Positions 17,966 through 27,406 of a stretch of DNA of 64,000 nt are shown here, one piece after another. The notes under the pieces are model-generated. The model did not search any database. It was not told the DNA's origin and worked only from the letters and a program-made list of their open reading frames with translations. Position numbers and translations under genes: made by a program. Each line of letters begins with the position of its first letter. Positions within the stretch are counted from its first letter, which is position 1. The stretch lies in sequence record MK308676.1. The stretch is one strand, 5' to 3'.

Positions 17966-18895
17966 ATGAGTGATACAATCGTCCTAGGACTACAGGCTGA
18001 CGTAGATGCCCTTAAAACTACCGTAGGTAACAATAGTTCAGGCTTAGTGCAAGCCGTCAACCAGTTAGAGTCCGAAGGCGGAAGCGAAATTACAGACCGC
18101 ACTGGCGAAGTAGTAAACTTGAATAACGAGTTAAATCCTCAAGTGGCTTGGTTGTCTGAGGTTACTAATCTCCCATCGGATGCCCCTACTACGGGAGCGC
18201 TCTATCTCTTGACAATAGAGGGCGTTCGAGACCAAGCCGAACAAACCGTGAAACAAACGGTTTCGCTCTTCATGCCAGGCAATGATTTCCCAGAAGGTCA
18301 ATGGTCACGTCATGTCTACTTTAGTGGAAATGCCGTGAGTGGACGTTCTGATTGGCGAACGGACCTTTTCACTGGCCCTCAATTGGACCGGTTCAGTATT
18401 TACCATGAAGAGATAGCACGATATTCCGGTAGACTTGTTGCAGCCGGTACTTCATCTGAAAACTTTAATTCTCAGTTTATGGTTCCAGATACTAAAATTG
18501 GAAATGACAGTTCGGAGTTTAACATTCGTATTGACTCTTTCCTTTCAGGAACAACTCCCGGTATTCGTATCTCGGCCGATAGTGCTAATACATGCAACTA
18601 TTTCATGGGCTATATGCTGTCTAACGACTACGGTGCTAATGACACAGTAGAAGAGCAAGCCTCTGAACATTACGGTTCCATGACGCGAAGTCGCGATACG
18701 CGAGAATATAAACTAGGCCCACACGCCTCACGTCGTAGCGTTTACTTTAGAATCGTAATAGGTCGCGGTGGCGGTAACAATAAAGAAAACATGGTTGTCG
18801 AAGGCAACGTTACAAGAGGCGAAACAGACAACGAAGTTGTCTGGGCTTGTCGTGTGGTTTCCAATAGCAAAAATAACGAGGTAGTCGATGTCTAG
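17966..18895 (+). CDS. Tail-fibre/receptor-binding paralog 2
   Basis: N-terminus DTIVLGLQAD...VGN..SGLVQAVNQL is paralogous to 17033. Confidence 0.65.
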   Translation: MSDTIVLGLQADVDALKTTVGNNSSGLVQAVNQLESEGGSEITDRTGEVVNLNNELNPQVAWLSEVTNLPSDAPTTGALYLLTIEGVRDQAEQTVKQTVSLFMPGNDFPEGQWSRHVYFSGNAVSGRSDWRTDLFTGPQLDRFSIYHEEIARYSGRLVAAGTSSENFNSQFMVPDTKIGNDSSEFNIRIDSFLSGTTPGIRISADSANTCNYFMGYMLSNDYGANDTVEEQASEHYGSMTRSRDTREYKLGPHASRRSVYFRIVIGRGGGNNKENMVVEGNVTRGETDNEVVWACRVVSNSKNNEVVDV

Positions 18896-19838
18896 TCCAG
18901 ATACAATCGTCATAAGTACCAAGTCTGACTTTGATGAGGTAAATACCGACATAGGTGATGCGGCAGCCGGATTAGTTAAAAGAGTCAACGACTTAGAGCT
19001 TTCTGGTGGCAATAAGCCTTATGAGAAACTTACATCGAGTTTAGATTTAAACTCGCTACAGGAAGACGGCGGATATTTTGCTACGGCCGTGACGAACGGT
19101 CCTCCGATGACAGCATTTGAAAACACGCACTATCCAAACTTTATGATTGAAGTGTCGTCTACCGCATCAAGCGGTGCGCGCATCATGAAAAAGAAACTCT
19201 ATTGGATATCTGTTAACGGTTTTCAGGTTATATGGCAAAGAACTTATTCAGTGGCAGCAGATGACACCGTTACGGCGGACGATGACTGGGAAGAAATAAT
19301 ACAGTCTCAATATTCTGGTTTACCGCGCGGAAAAGAATATGAGCTCGATAAGATGGAAAGTGGTGGCATCATAACTTTCACTACCAGCGATAACTTAGAA
19401 AGAACCGGATGGCTCTTAAGGAACTTTAGTTCAGCCATTACCGCTAACAGCGTACCTGCCTTAAGTATCCGAGTTAGATATCGTTATAACTCCGATAACC
19501 AGAGACAATATAAACTGGAACTGGTTACAGTGGCCGATTGGCTGGTTGCCTCAGCGTCTCTTTCTATAGGAGAAGCTACATCAACGGGTTCCGGCTCACA
19601 TACCGAATTCTGCGATGAGTCATCTAGCATTGTACGTAACAACAATGAAATGGTTCTTTTCGACTGGATGGATTCACGTCGTGCAGTACACGGGACCATT
19701 ATGGTTGTTAACAACATCATTTCTGTTCCTACATCTGTGACGTTAGAACTCACTACATACATTATCGACACCAACCGGGTGGCGTTACATGTTCGTGAAG
19801 TTTCAGCAGACCAAGCCGAACTAAGTTACCTACCATAA
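18888..19838 (+). CDS. Tail-fibre/receptor-binding paralog 3
   Basis: N-terminus DTIVISTKSD...IGD..AGLVKRVNDL; DLNSLQEDGGYF...NGP repeat. Confidence 0.65.
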   Translation: MSSPDTIVISTKSDFDEVNTDIGDAAAGLVKRVNDLELSGGNKPYEKLTSSLDLNSLQEDGGYFATAVTNGPPMTAFENTHYPNFMIEVSSTASSGARIMKKKLYWISVNGFQVIWQRTYSVAADDTVTADDDWEEIIQSQYSGLPRGKEYELDKMESGGIITFTTSDNLERTGWLLRNFSSAITANSVPALSIRVRYRYNSDNQRQYKLELVTVADWLVASASLSIGEATSTGSGSHTEFCDESSSIVRNNNEMVLFDWMDSRRAVHGTIMVVNNIISVPTSVTLELTTYIIDTNRVALHVREVSADQAELSYLP

Positions 19839-19846
19839 ATAAAAAT

Positions 19847-19886
19847 AGTATCTCTCTGTTTCGGTAGAGAGATACTAATCTTTTTT
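19847..19886 (+). terminator. Intrinsic terminator
   Basis: AGTATCTCTCT-GTTTCGGT-AGAGAGATACT followed by a T run. Confidence 0.75.
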
Positions 19887-19982
19887 AACAGGTGCCTTTA
19901 ATAAGAGACAAATCTTTTAGAGAGAACTCTCTCCAACAAACCACCACACACGTCTTTAAGACAATATAAGGGAAGCTTAATT

Positions 19983-20504
19983 ATGGGTTTCACAACAGTT
20001 TCTAATACTGCCTTTTTCGGAGGAGGCGGTGGTCCTGGCGGCGATGATGCGGGCTATTCGCGTGTTTCATATTCGGCCGATGCGCGAGATATTAGCGCAG
20101 ATACTTGGACCGGTCTTTTTCCCGGAGGCACGGTGCTCTCCAATGAAAGAGGCATGCCGGCAGGCGTCTCCGGTATAATCAACCCTAGCGGCATCAATCC
20201 GGGAACATTATCCGTAGATGACGTAATGGATTTTGAAGTTAACTTCTCTGTTACGCCAGAAATAAATAACTGCGATGTAAAAGTCCGCCTCACTTTCACC
20301 CGAGGTGGCGAAACCATAACCTTCGAAGAAGACTTAGAAAAACTAAGCAAAGGTGCTGGTGAAGAATATTCATTAAAAGCCGGATGGACGCTTCCGTTTG
20401 AAGACAGCGACATGATAGGCAATCCAGTTAGTGTTGAAGTTTTAACTTCGGCGCCATGCGCATTAAAAACAAAAACTTGCGTGGCGTACCTAACAAGAAC
20501 ATAA
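19983..20504 (+). CDS. Putative virion beta-sandwich protein with Gly-rich hinge
   Basis: GGGGGPGG linker; AAATCTTTTAG motif at 19910. Confidence 0.6.
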   Translation: MGFTTVSNTAFFGGGGGPGGDDAGYSRVSYSADARDISADTWTGLFPGGTVLSNERGMPAGVSGIINPSGINPGTLSVDDVMDFEVNFSVTPEINNCDVKVRLTFTRGGETITFEEDLEKLSKGAGEEYSLKAGWTLPFEDSDMIGNPVSVEVLTSAPCALKTKTCVAYLTRT

Positions 20505-20714
20505 CCACAAAACATTTAAAAACATCTCCTGGGATTTCTTTTTTCATTCCTTTTAGGTTACGACTTTCTAGTAACCAACAATTCTTTTATACTATAACCC
20601 TTTTCCTTTTTTCCTGTGAGAAGTGCTATACGTTTTTCCCTAACTATACCACTATTGCGCTCTTATTGATAAATGATAAGATTCTTCAAACCTTTCTCTG
20701 TCGAGGGGCAAAGA

Positions 20715-21890
20715 ATGAATATTAAAGTTGAAGTAGGTACCCTAGTTACACATCTAACGATTGGGTCAATTGTACTTAACGTCACGGGCTCTACGCATGA
20801 ACTCGTTGACTTAAGCGGGGATAATTCTGGCGACCCCGTGACGATACGTCGCAAAGACAACCAGCAAAAAGAAATTAAATCGGCAGCTTTGTCCGACTTT
20901 AAACAAAGCGATGGCTCCACTGCCCTCTTAACAGAAACAGGCATTAATGGCTTTAATGAACTAAAAGGCATCTTGTTTGACGACAATGCTTTGGACGCCA
21001 GCGACATTGAAGACTTTACGTCCGCTGTTCAAGCTGTAGCGGGTTCAGGCGGAGGAACGTTCCCTTCTAGTGGCGATGCAGGTACCCCGGCGGATTCTAC
21101 AGTCAGTCCTATTACCGGTAAGACCTTTGGTGACATCCAAGGTAAAGGCGTTGCGGAAGCAATCATGGAAGCATGGTTCCCTTCTGTTGTTCCCAACCAA
21201 GTAGCGCCTATTTTAGGTTTCACGTCTGGCTTAACAACAGCCGTTCTGGCCGGCAGCGATGTTTCTATGAATCTAGAATGGGCCTTTACGGCCAATGATT
21301 CTCAGGGTAAAACACCAGACCCTTATGTTTTAACTGCTGCACCTGGCGTGGGAGCACCGACGGTTCTTAACCCGGCGGATACGGATACGATTGCCACTTT
21401 AAACTTAACCGACGTAACTTCTAACTACGTTATAAGCTTGGAAGGCGACTATTTAGAAGGTGTCGTGCCTCAGGATAATTACGGAAACGACCAACCGGGG
21501 TCGCGTTTACCTGCCGGTACAGCTCAGACTAGCTTTACGCTTATTCCTTTCTGGAAAACTCACCACGGCCTAGTAGCGACAAATACAGTTTTAGAAACGG
21601 ACTCGGCGCTTCTACGTACCCAGCTGAATAACCTATCTGGGGAACAACAAGGAGCTATGACGTCTTTCTCTAATTTGACTATCGGCGCAGGGCAAGATTA
21701 TCTAATTTGTATCCCTGGCACATACACTTCTGTAAATGCCGTCCGTGCCGGTTTCCCGGTTAACATCGCGTCAGTTGAAGGTCAAATCACGCCAGATAAC
21801 TACGCTGGGAGCGGGACCAATACATACACCGTTATACGCATCGAAGGACGGGCCGCTGACTCTGTTATCGATACATTGACTATATCTTAA
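20715..21890 (+). CDS. Putative virion fibre/adhesin protein (start MNIKVEV)
   Basis: GAGGGG SD before ATG 20715; Thr/Gly/Asp-rich beta composition. Confidence 0.6.
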   Translation: MNIKVEVGTLVTHLTIGSIVLNVTGSTHELVDLSGDNSGDPVTIRRKDNQQKEIKSAALSDFKQSDGSTALLTETGINGFNELKGILFDDNALDASDIEDFTSAVQAVAGSGGGTFPSSGDAGTPADSTVSPITGKTFGDIQGKGVAEAIMEAWFPSVVPNQVAPILGFTSGLTTAVLAGSDVSMNLEWAFTANDSQGKTPDPYVLTAAPGVGAPTVLNPADTDTIATLNLTDVTSNYVISLEGDYLEGVVPQDNYGNDQPGSRLPAGTAQTSFTLIPFWKTHHGLVATNTVLETDSALLRTQLNNLSGEQQGAMTSFSNLTIGAGQDYLICIPGTYTSVNAVRAGFPVNIASVEGQITPDNYAGSGTNTYTVIRIEGRAADSVIDTLTIS

Positions 21891-21900
21891 GGAGCTAGAC

Positions 21901-22704
21901 ATGTATATTGAAAAGTTTCCAGCTGCCTTTGAACCTTCCGTAAATGTACCCTTAGACAAAAGAACTAAGATAGCTGACATTACTTCGGCAGATGCCGTTT
22001 TCTTGGCAACAGCCTATGTGGGCCTTGTTGTTTATGATGAGGCTACAAGTACTCTTTTTAAAATCACTTCGACGGACGGCACACAAGACAACTTGACTTA
22101 TGAAGAGTTAGGTGGCGGCTGAGTACCTACGTATTTTGCCGGACTTAGAACCACTGCTGACGAAGTCACTATGTCTGCTTCTGGGTTTGAGGCACTCGCC
22201 CACGGCGGGGCTAAGCAAAACCAGGTCTTTTTCGATAGCGGGGAGGATGACCTAGGTGACCTCATTACTGCTCAGCCTATGTTGGCAACTATTCCTGCCG
22301 GGAGTTATAAGGTCGGAGACCAAATCCGTATAAAACGCGTGATGACCATTACGCCTCAAGTTAACGGTACTCGCGGCACTAAGAACGCATACCCTACGGG
22401 GGCAAGTGACCAATACGCCTTTGTTGTAGAAAATCCGCCTAGTTCTGCGTTCGAGTTAGGTTCTGGAATTGGCGGCGATACCCATCTATACCCTCGTATC
22501 TTTAAAGAAGGCGCCGGGTATTGGGTAAGTAACCTAGGACATTCGCATGTAGTTGAAATTAACCACGGCCATGAGGCTAGTTTCTCAGGCTATCAAACCA
22601 CCATCAACGACTTAACTATTTCTTACAAGAAAGGGATGAGTCAGGCGGAAATTGATTTAAGGCAACCTACGTACTACTGTAATACCTTTATGGTTATTTA
22701 CTAA
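21901..22704 (+). CDS. Putative fibre protein; one reading frame interrupted by a single TGA at 22120-22122
   Basis: Track ORFs 21901..22122 and 22171..22704 are in frame and joined by 16 sense codons; no clear SD at 22171. Confidence 0.6.
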
Positions 22705-22718
22705 AGAAAATAAGAAAC

Positions 22719-22744
22719 TCCCTCTAGTCCTAGGACTAGAGGGA
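22719..22744. terminator. Bidirectional terminator, perfect 26-bp palindrome
   Basis: TCCCTCTAGTCCT|AGGACTAGAGGGA between convergent genes. Confidence 0.75.
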
Positions 22745-22750
22745 TTATTT

Positions 22751-24136
22751 CTATTTGTCTTCTTTTAGGCAGATGGTTTGGTCTGCGCGGCGGACATCTA
22801 ACTTATCGATTTCGTCACGGTAACCATGTAGTTTAAAGCCAAGGTTAAGCGTTTCCATTTTGTTGAGCATGTCTTGAGCAATGCGTCGCACCGTCGGATG
22901 GACAGTAGGCCCGGACCTAAGCTCGGCCGTATAAACAGCATTGTCGATTGGGTAAGACGTTTCCGTTGCAACGCGGTAACCCATCGGTATGATGTATTCC
23001 CAGTCCCAATGTTCGTTGTCGCCCCAGCCATGTACCGTTAAGTCCATGTAGGTCTTGTGGATTTTATCCAGTAAAGCTTCTACGATAGAACGAGCTTCTT
23101 CAGGCATTTGCTCTAGGTACCACGGTTCGAAACCAATCTGTGTGCCTAGCGGACTACGAGAAGTATTGCCTTTACGATGGCGGTTTAGGTCACGGTAACC
23201 GCCGAAGTCAACATTGTAGTTGAACTTAAGACGTCCGAAGTTACCTAGGTAGTCGGCCAGAGGAGCATACTTAGGGCGCTCTGCTAGATGACGTGCCCAT
23301 TGTTGGATGCCTACAGAGTCCAGTAGACGAGAGTCCATATGAACCTGTCCGATGGCATCACGATGTGTTGGTGGGACAGCTGCGCTCGGCATCATCTGAT
23401 GGTTAGCGCGGTGCTGCATAGACGCCCACATAGCGATGTCGTCCGTTAGCGAAGTAAACGACTCTGGGTAGCGTTCACAAAGACTAGCGTGCATGTCACG
23501 AGCCATCAGGCGCACTTCTTCGTTAGGGTGGCCCCATAGAACACGAAGGACGTAAGAAGCGTTCTGTAGGTCTACGTCCCAAACGCCTACAGTTTTACAA
23601 CCAGCAGGAAGAAGAGAGCGACAGATGTCAAACTTACGAGCGTTCAATGTAGCGTCCCATTTCTTATCGCTTACGCCTTCTGGTTTAGTTAGCGTAGCTT
23701 TAAGATGGTCGAACACCATAGGCTGGATGATTTCGTAGACAGACATTGTCTCTTCAATCAGTGGACGGAAACGTTCCATTGTTTCGGGTAGATAAACGCC
23801 TTCTGCTTCAAAAGGAATATATCGTGTAGAAGCTTCAGTGCCTTTATAAAGAGGATTAAGGTTTTGCAGTTCGTTAATAGCAATCATAGAGACGCCAGAA
23901 ACGAAGACTTTCGTGTGTCCCTGTTTGCCTACCGATTCGTGACCATAGCCCAAATAAATCGATTTCATGAAGCGCTCAGGGCCTTCGGCCATAACTTTGG
24001 CAAGGTTGCCTTTAGGCCCTTCCTGAGAGCGAGAACAAAGAGCAGACAACATGGCGGATGCTTGAGCGTCTAGATTGTAGTCGGCTGCGTCGACAACGCT
24101 AACTTGACGTTCTGCTGTTTCTGATTTAAATGTCAT
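22751..24136 (-). CDS. thyX: FAD-dependent thymidylate synthase, long two-domain type
   Basis: GYGHESVG, FDICRSLLPAGCKT and DFGGYRDLNRHR motifs. Confidence 0.85.
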   Translation of the reverse strand: MTFKSETAERQVSVVDAADYNLDAQASAMLSALCSRSQEGPKGNLAKVMAEGPERFMKSIYLGYGHESVGKQGHTKVFVSGVSMIAINELQNLNPLYKGTEASTRYIPFEAEGVYLPETMERFRPLIEETMSVYEIIQPMVFDHLKATLTKPEGVSDKKWDATLNARKFDICRSLLPAGCKTVGVWDVDLQNASYVLRVLWGHPNEEVRLMARDMHASLCERYPESFTSLTDDIAMWASMQHRANHQMMPSAAVPPTHRDAIGQVHMDSRLLDSVGIQQWARHLAERPKYAPLADYLGNFGRLKFNYNVDFGGYRDLNRHRKGNTSRSPLGTQIGFEPWYLEQMPEEARSIVEALLDKIHKTYMDLTVHGWGDNEHWDWEYIIPMGYRVATETSYPIDNAVYTAELRSGPTVHPTVRRIAQDMLNKMETLNLGFKLHGYRDEIDKLDVRRADQTICLKEDK

Positions 24137-24897
24137 TATTCTATCTCTTTTAGTAGTGCGGATTGTTCGCGATATTTATTAAAATGGTCAGCCCAAAGCA
24201 TTTCGATTACGTTCGGTTTAAGCTGACGATGTGCCTCAATTAATGTCTCTAGTCTTTCTTTTCTGCATGACCAATAATAGTCGAAAGCCAGACGCAAAGT
24301 TGGAAAGGTTCGATTCTTTCCGTTTCTTGGGTTAACATTATAGATAACGTTTTCGTTGGACGAGTTACCTTTTGGGTAAATGCCGGTTAACTTCCCTGCT
24401 GTATTTCTTTCGGCCAGAGAAGCATTGATGGCTCTAGGTAATAAGACGCAGGTTTCGGGAGAATAGAGTCGAAGTCCTTGTCCCACGAGGTCTTTGTCCA
24501 CTTCCCAGACATCTTTACCTGTAGGTTGATTTTCTGTAAACCACTTTGCCCAGACTTGAAAATTCCACCAAGATTTGTCTACTTCGACGCCTTTATAAAA
24601 CAACCACCTAGGGCCTTTCTCATCATAGCACCTTTGGAACGTATTTCTCCATATGTTAAATAAATGCTTGCCTCGAAAGCGCGTCTTTGATGTAAAGTCA
24701 CCTTCTCCTAGAAAGCCCCTTCCGTAGACGGATGGGAAATAGGGGTCTCGTAGTTGTCCGTTCTCAGCCTTGTGTTTCGTCGTCCACTTAACGTAGCCGG
24801 TAAGGAGAAAGGAGACCCTTACCCGTTTACAGGTAACAATTTCTTCTATCCTAAAAGAACCTGTTCTCTGTGAAGCGTAGGTATCTCCTATATTCAT
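24136..24897 (-). mobile_element. Free-standing HNH homing endonuclease
   Basis: VYGRGFLG, IWRNTFQRCY, W.NFQ.WAKWF and EVDKDL...YSPETCVLLP..IN motifs; TAATG-coupled to thyX. Confidence 0.8.
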
Positions 24898-24908
24898 AAT
24901 CTATTTCT

Positions 24909-25493
24909 CTATTCTGCATCAAGAGGAGCGTCTGCGTCACTGAGTCCGTTCTCTCTTGCTGCTTTCTTTTGTTGATTGATAAGTTGGAAATCGGAAGGGA
25001 TGTACTTAGGGCGGATGTGTCCGTAATCTAGCATAACCGGGCGCGTTACTCCTTCGTGGGTTAACATGCCCCAGTTAGCATCGTGTACGTCTTCCAGGAA
25101 GTCTGGAATCATCTCCGGGATATCTTCCGGAGCGATAGGGTCGCACTTAAGCATGACTAAGTAACGGCCGCAATCTGAAATATCCGCAACGGGACAGAAC
25201 CACTTAGCTAGCTCCGGCTTGTCCCTTACTTGAGACCACACGTCCCATTCTCGAATGTTATCCGAGATTCCATAGAAACGTCCGCTTTCATAGAAGCAAG
25301 CTACCTTGACGACCTTAGGTTGACTGTAGTTGTCTTCTTTACCTTCTCCTAATAAAGGAGAGCGCATTGAAAAGCAGAACTTACCTCCGTTTAAGTCAAA
25401 GACCTTTCTAGAGGTTCCTTTTGGATAAGCGTGAGGTAAAAGAAACTTAAGTAAGTCCTCTTTATCCTCAGGCAATATGTCACCGTTGCGCAT
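24909..25493 (-). CDS. Protein-kinase-like fold protein
   Basis: KGTSRKVF (P-loop-like), VVKVA (beta3 Lys), DVHDANWG (catalytic loop), LDYG (DFG-like). Confidence 0.65.
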   Translation of the reverse strand: MRNGDILPEDKEDLLKFLLPHAYPKGTSRKVFDLNGGKFCFSMRSPLLGEGKEDNYSQPKVVKVACFYESGRFYGISDNIREWDVWSQVRDKPELAKWFCPVADISDCGRYLVMLKCDPIAPEDIPEMIPDFLEDVHDANWGMLTHEGVTRPVMLDYGHIRPKYIPSDFQLINQQKKAARENGLSDADAPLDAE

Positions 25494-25501
25494 AGTTTAC
25501 C

Positions 25502-26128
25502 TTACAAGAAATGATTGATGCGACGATACGCCATTAGCATGCAGCCCACTGCGGTATCAACTTCTTTATTAATTGACCATGTTTGCATGACTTCGTCCCA
25601 CACATATGGGAACGCGGCTTTATCTGCCTTGGTTAGGAGACGATATTCTCGAGGAGGACATTTATTTCCTCGGCAACGGGCCACCGACCATTCAAGTCCA
25701 TCTAGCGGAAGGTAGTTACACATCAATCCTTCGACGCAAGTTTTATCCGATAATTCCGGAACGCACTGGTTGTCGACAATAGCGATGAAGTCGGCTGACG
25801 TACTTGCATATGCCACCATGATTTCTATGCTCATTGAGGCAATTTCTACATGAGGGATAACCACAACTTTAATAAAGCCGTTTTCAGCTTTTATAGCTAG
25901 ACGGAATAGACCATCCCGATAGACTTCTTTATAGTAGTCTTCGTTCAGTACGCCACCCGTGAAGGTTAAAGGCATCGTTGTGCCGTCCGCTTCGGTTAGC
26001 GTGATAGTGAACTGGTCGGAAATAGCAGCTACCTTCACGTCGTGATAAGGCGGCTTCCATTCAAAGCGTTGAACTTGTCCGGCTTTACCGGACAGTTCTA
26101 GCTCTTCAATGATTCTGCGAGCTTCCAT
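25502..26128 (-). CDS. Hypothetical protein (208 aa)
   Basis: Long ORF, AGGT SD. Confidence 0.75.
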   Translation of the reverse strand: MEARRIIEELELSGKAGQVQRFEWKPPYHDVKVAAISDQFTITLTEADGTTMPLTFTGGVLNEDYYKEVYRDGLFRLAIKAENGFIKVVVIPHVEIASMSIEIMVAYASTSADFIAIVDNQCVPELSDKTCVEGLMCNYLPLDGLEWSVARCRGNKCPPREYRLLTKADKAAFPYVWDEVMQTWSINKEVDTAVGCMLMAYRRINHFL

Positions 26129-26130
26129 AG

Positions 26131-27312
26131 TTAACCTGCTTGTATGGTTTCAGTGCGGTTATCCGTAAGGAAGACGACGAGAGGTGAGCCGTAGCCTTTC
26201 TCGGGCATGTCAACGACATATTCGCAGTCGTTGGATACCTGGCTGCGTTTAATGACATCGAACTCTTCCCATTCATCGGTGGCTAGATTCTTAGCCATAG
26301 CGCCCTCAATGCGAGTGGTGTCCGGACACGCGGAAGCGCGATAGTGGTTCGAGTATAAGTTCTTAAGGGAGAATGTCCGGCCCATGATTTGGTTAGCTTC
26401 AAACGGAAGGTCGCTCTTGCACGTCAGGACGTCTACTTTCAATACAGAGTCTGCATCGCCAACCGAATTTGCCATCAGTGCGATACGTGAAAGCGCGCGC
26501 CCTGCTTTGCCGCTCGAAAGATTCCAAGATAGGTGACAATCCTCAGTCAAGACAGAGCAGCTTGTTCTTCTTTCAAAGGTTACCGGAATTCGAGCAATAG
26601 CGTCTTTTGTTGGGACGTCTACTTGGACCACCGAAATCGGGAAGTCGCCTATCTTTTCGATGCGACCTACCATTTCACCAGCTGGCACGTCTAGTTCAAA
26701 TCTTACTACTTTCATTTTCTCTGTTCCTTCCTCGCTGCCGCCTTTCTCGCGACTCTTAAGTTCTTTCCAAACACGGTAACCTTTAAGGTTAAGTGCGTTG
26801 TCACCGTGCTCACCGTTAACTACGATGCGCACACATAGTTCATGACCGTATAGTTCCGACTTACCACACTTACTTACGGCGTTACCGTCGAACAGCGGAC
26901 CTTTAGCCATTTGCTCTAGTACTTCTTCTGCTTCCCCAGAAAGAGTATCTGCGATGTAAAGCACTTCTGCTTCCATGATGATGTCTTCAGCTTCAGCGAA
27001 GATTGAGTTGTACTCGCTACGGATATACTCCATGCCATAAATCGCGATTTCCGGACGGCACATCAGGACTTGAAGAGTCTCTACGCAGTCTTCGCAGAAG
27101 TTATCGTTATAACGCTCTAACATGAAGGCTTTAAACTTGATGATTTCTTTACTAAGTTTGACGTAGTCTTTTACCAAACTAGGGATGTCAACTTTAATGC
27201 GGTGAGCTTCTAGTTTAGCGACTAGCTCTTTCTCGTCGTAGACTTTACCTGACTCAGAAATGCGACTGTGAAGAAAAGAAGGATTAATCCCTTTTAAGTG
27301 TTTTAAGTACAT
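26131..27312 (-). CDS. Hypothetical protein (393 aa), possible internal start at 26715
   Basis: AGGAG SD at 27312; internal GAAGGA-N9-ATG. Confidence 0.75.
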   Translation of the reverse strand: MYLKHLKGINPSFLHSRISESGKVYDEKELVAKLEAHRIKVDIPSLVKDYVKLSKEIIKFKAFMLERYNDNFCEDCVETLQVLMCRPEIAIYGMEYIRSEYNSIFAEAEDIIMEAEVLYIADTLSGEAEEVLEQMAKGPLFDGNAVSKCGKSELYGHELCVRIVVNGEHGDNALNLKGYRVWKELKSREKGGSEEGTEKMKVVRFELDVPAGEMVGRIEKIGDFPISVVQVDVPTKDAIARIPVTFERRTSCSVLTEDCHLSWNLSSGKAGRALSRIALMANSVGDADSVLKVDVLTCKSDLPFEANQIMGRTFSLKNLYSNHYRASACPDTTRIEGAMAKNLATDEWEEFDVIKRSQVSNDCEYVVDMPEKGYGSPLVVFLTDNRTETIQAG

Positions 27313-27367
27313 CGTGGTTCTCCTAAATAAGTTACATATTATCGCCGATGGCTCTTATTTTTAACAC

Positions 27368-27385
27368 CAAATCTTATAGACCTTA
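27368..27385 (+). promoter_or_regulatory. Putative late promoter (AATCTTATAGACCTTA)
   Basis: 16 nt identical to the element upstream of the paralogous head gene at 50204-50219. Confidence 0.7.
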
Positions 27386-27406
27386 CTATTAACTTTAAGA
27401 GAGACC

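Noticed and set aside
17954-17968. Readthrough fusion of fibre paralogs 1 and 2, which are in frame
   Set aside because: The stop is TAA, and the second gene has its own AAGGA SD and full N-terminal anchor
20054-21295. Antisense track ORFs (20054..20515, 20663..21007, 21029..21295) and similar ones elsewhere, e.g. 8069..8389, 41090..41434, 49735..50076
   Set aside because: They are shadows of real genes on the other strand or frame, lack SDs and have no recognisable motifs
22120-22170. Selenocysteine insertion at the in-frame TGA
   Set aside because: No convincing SECIS hairpin downstream and no redox-motif context
14392-22704. DGR or invertase-driven fibre variation
   Set aside because: No reverse transcriptase, template/variable repeat pair, recombinase or flanking inverted repeats seen in this window
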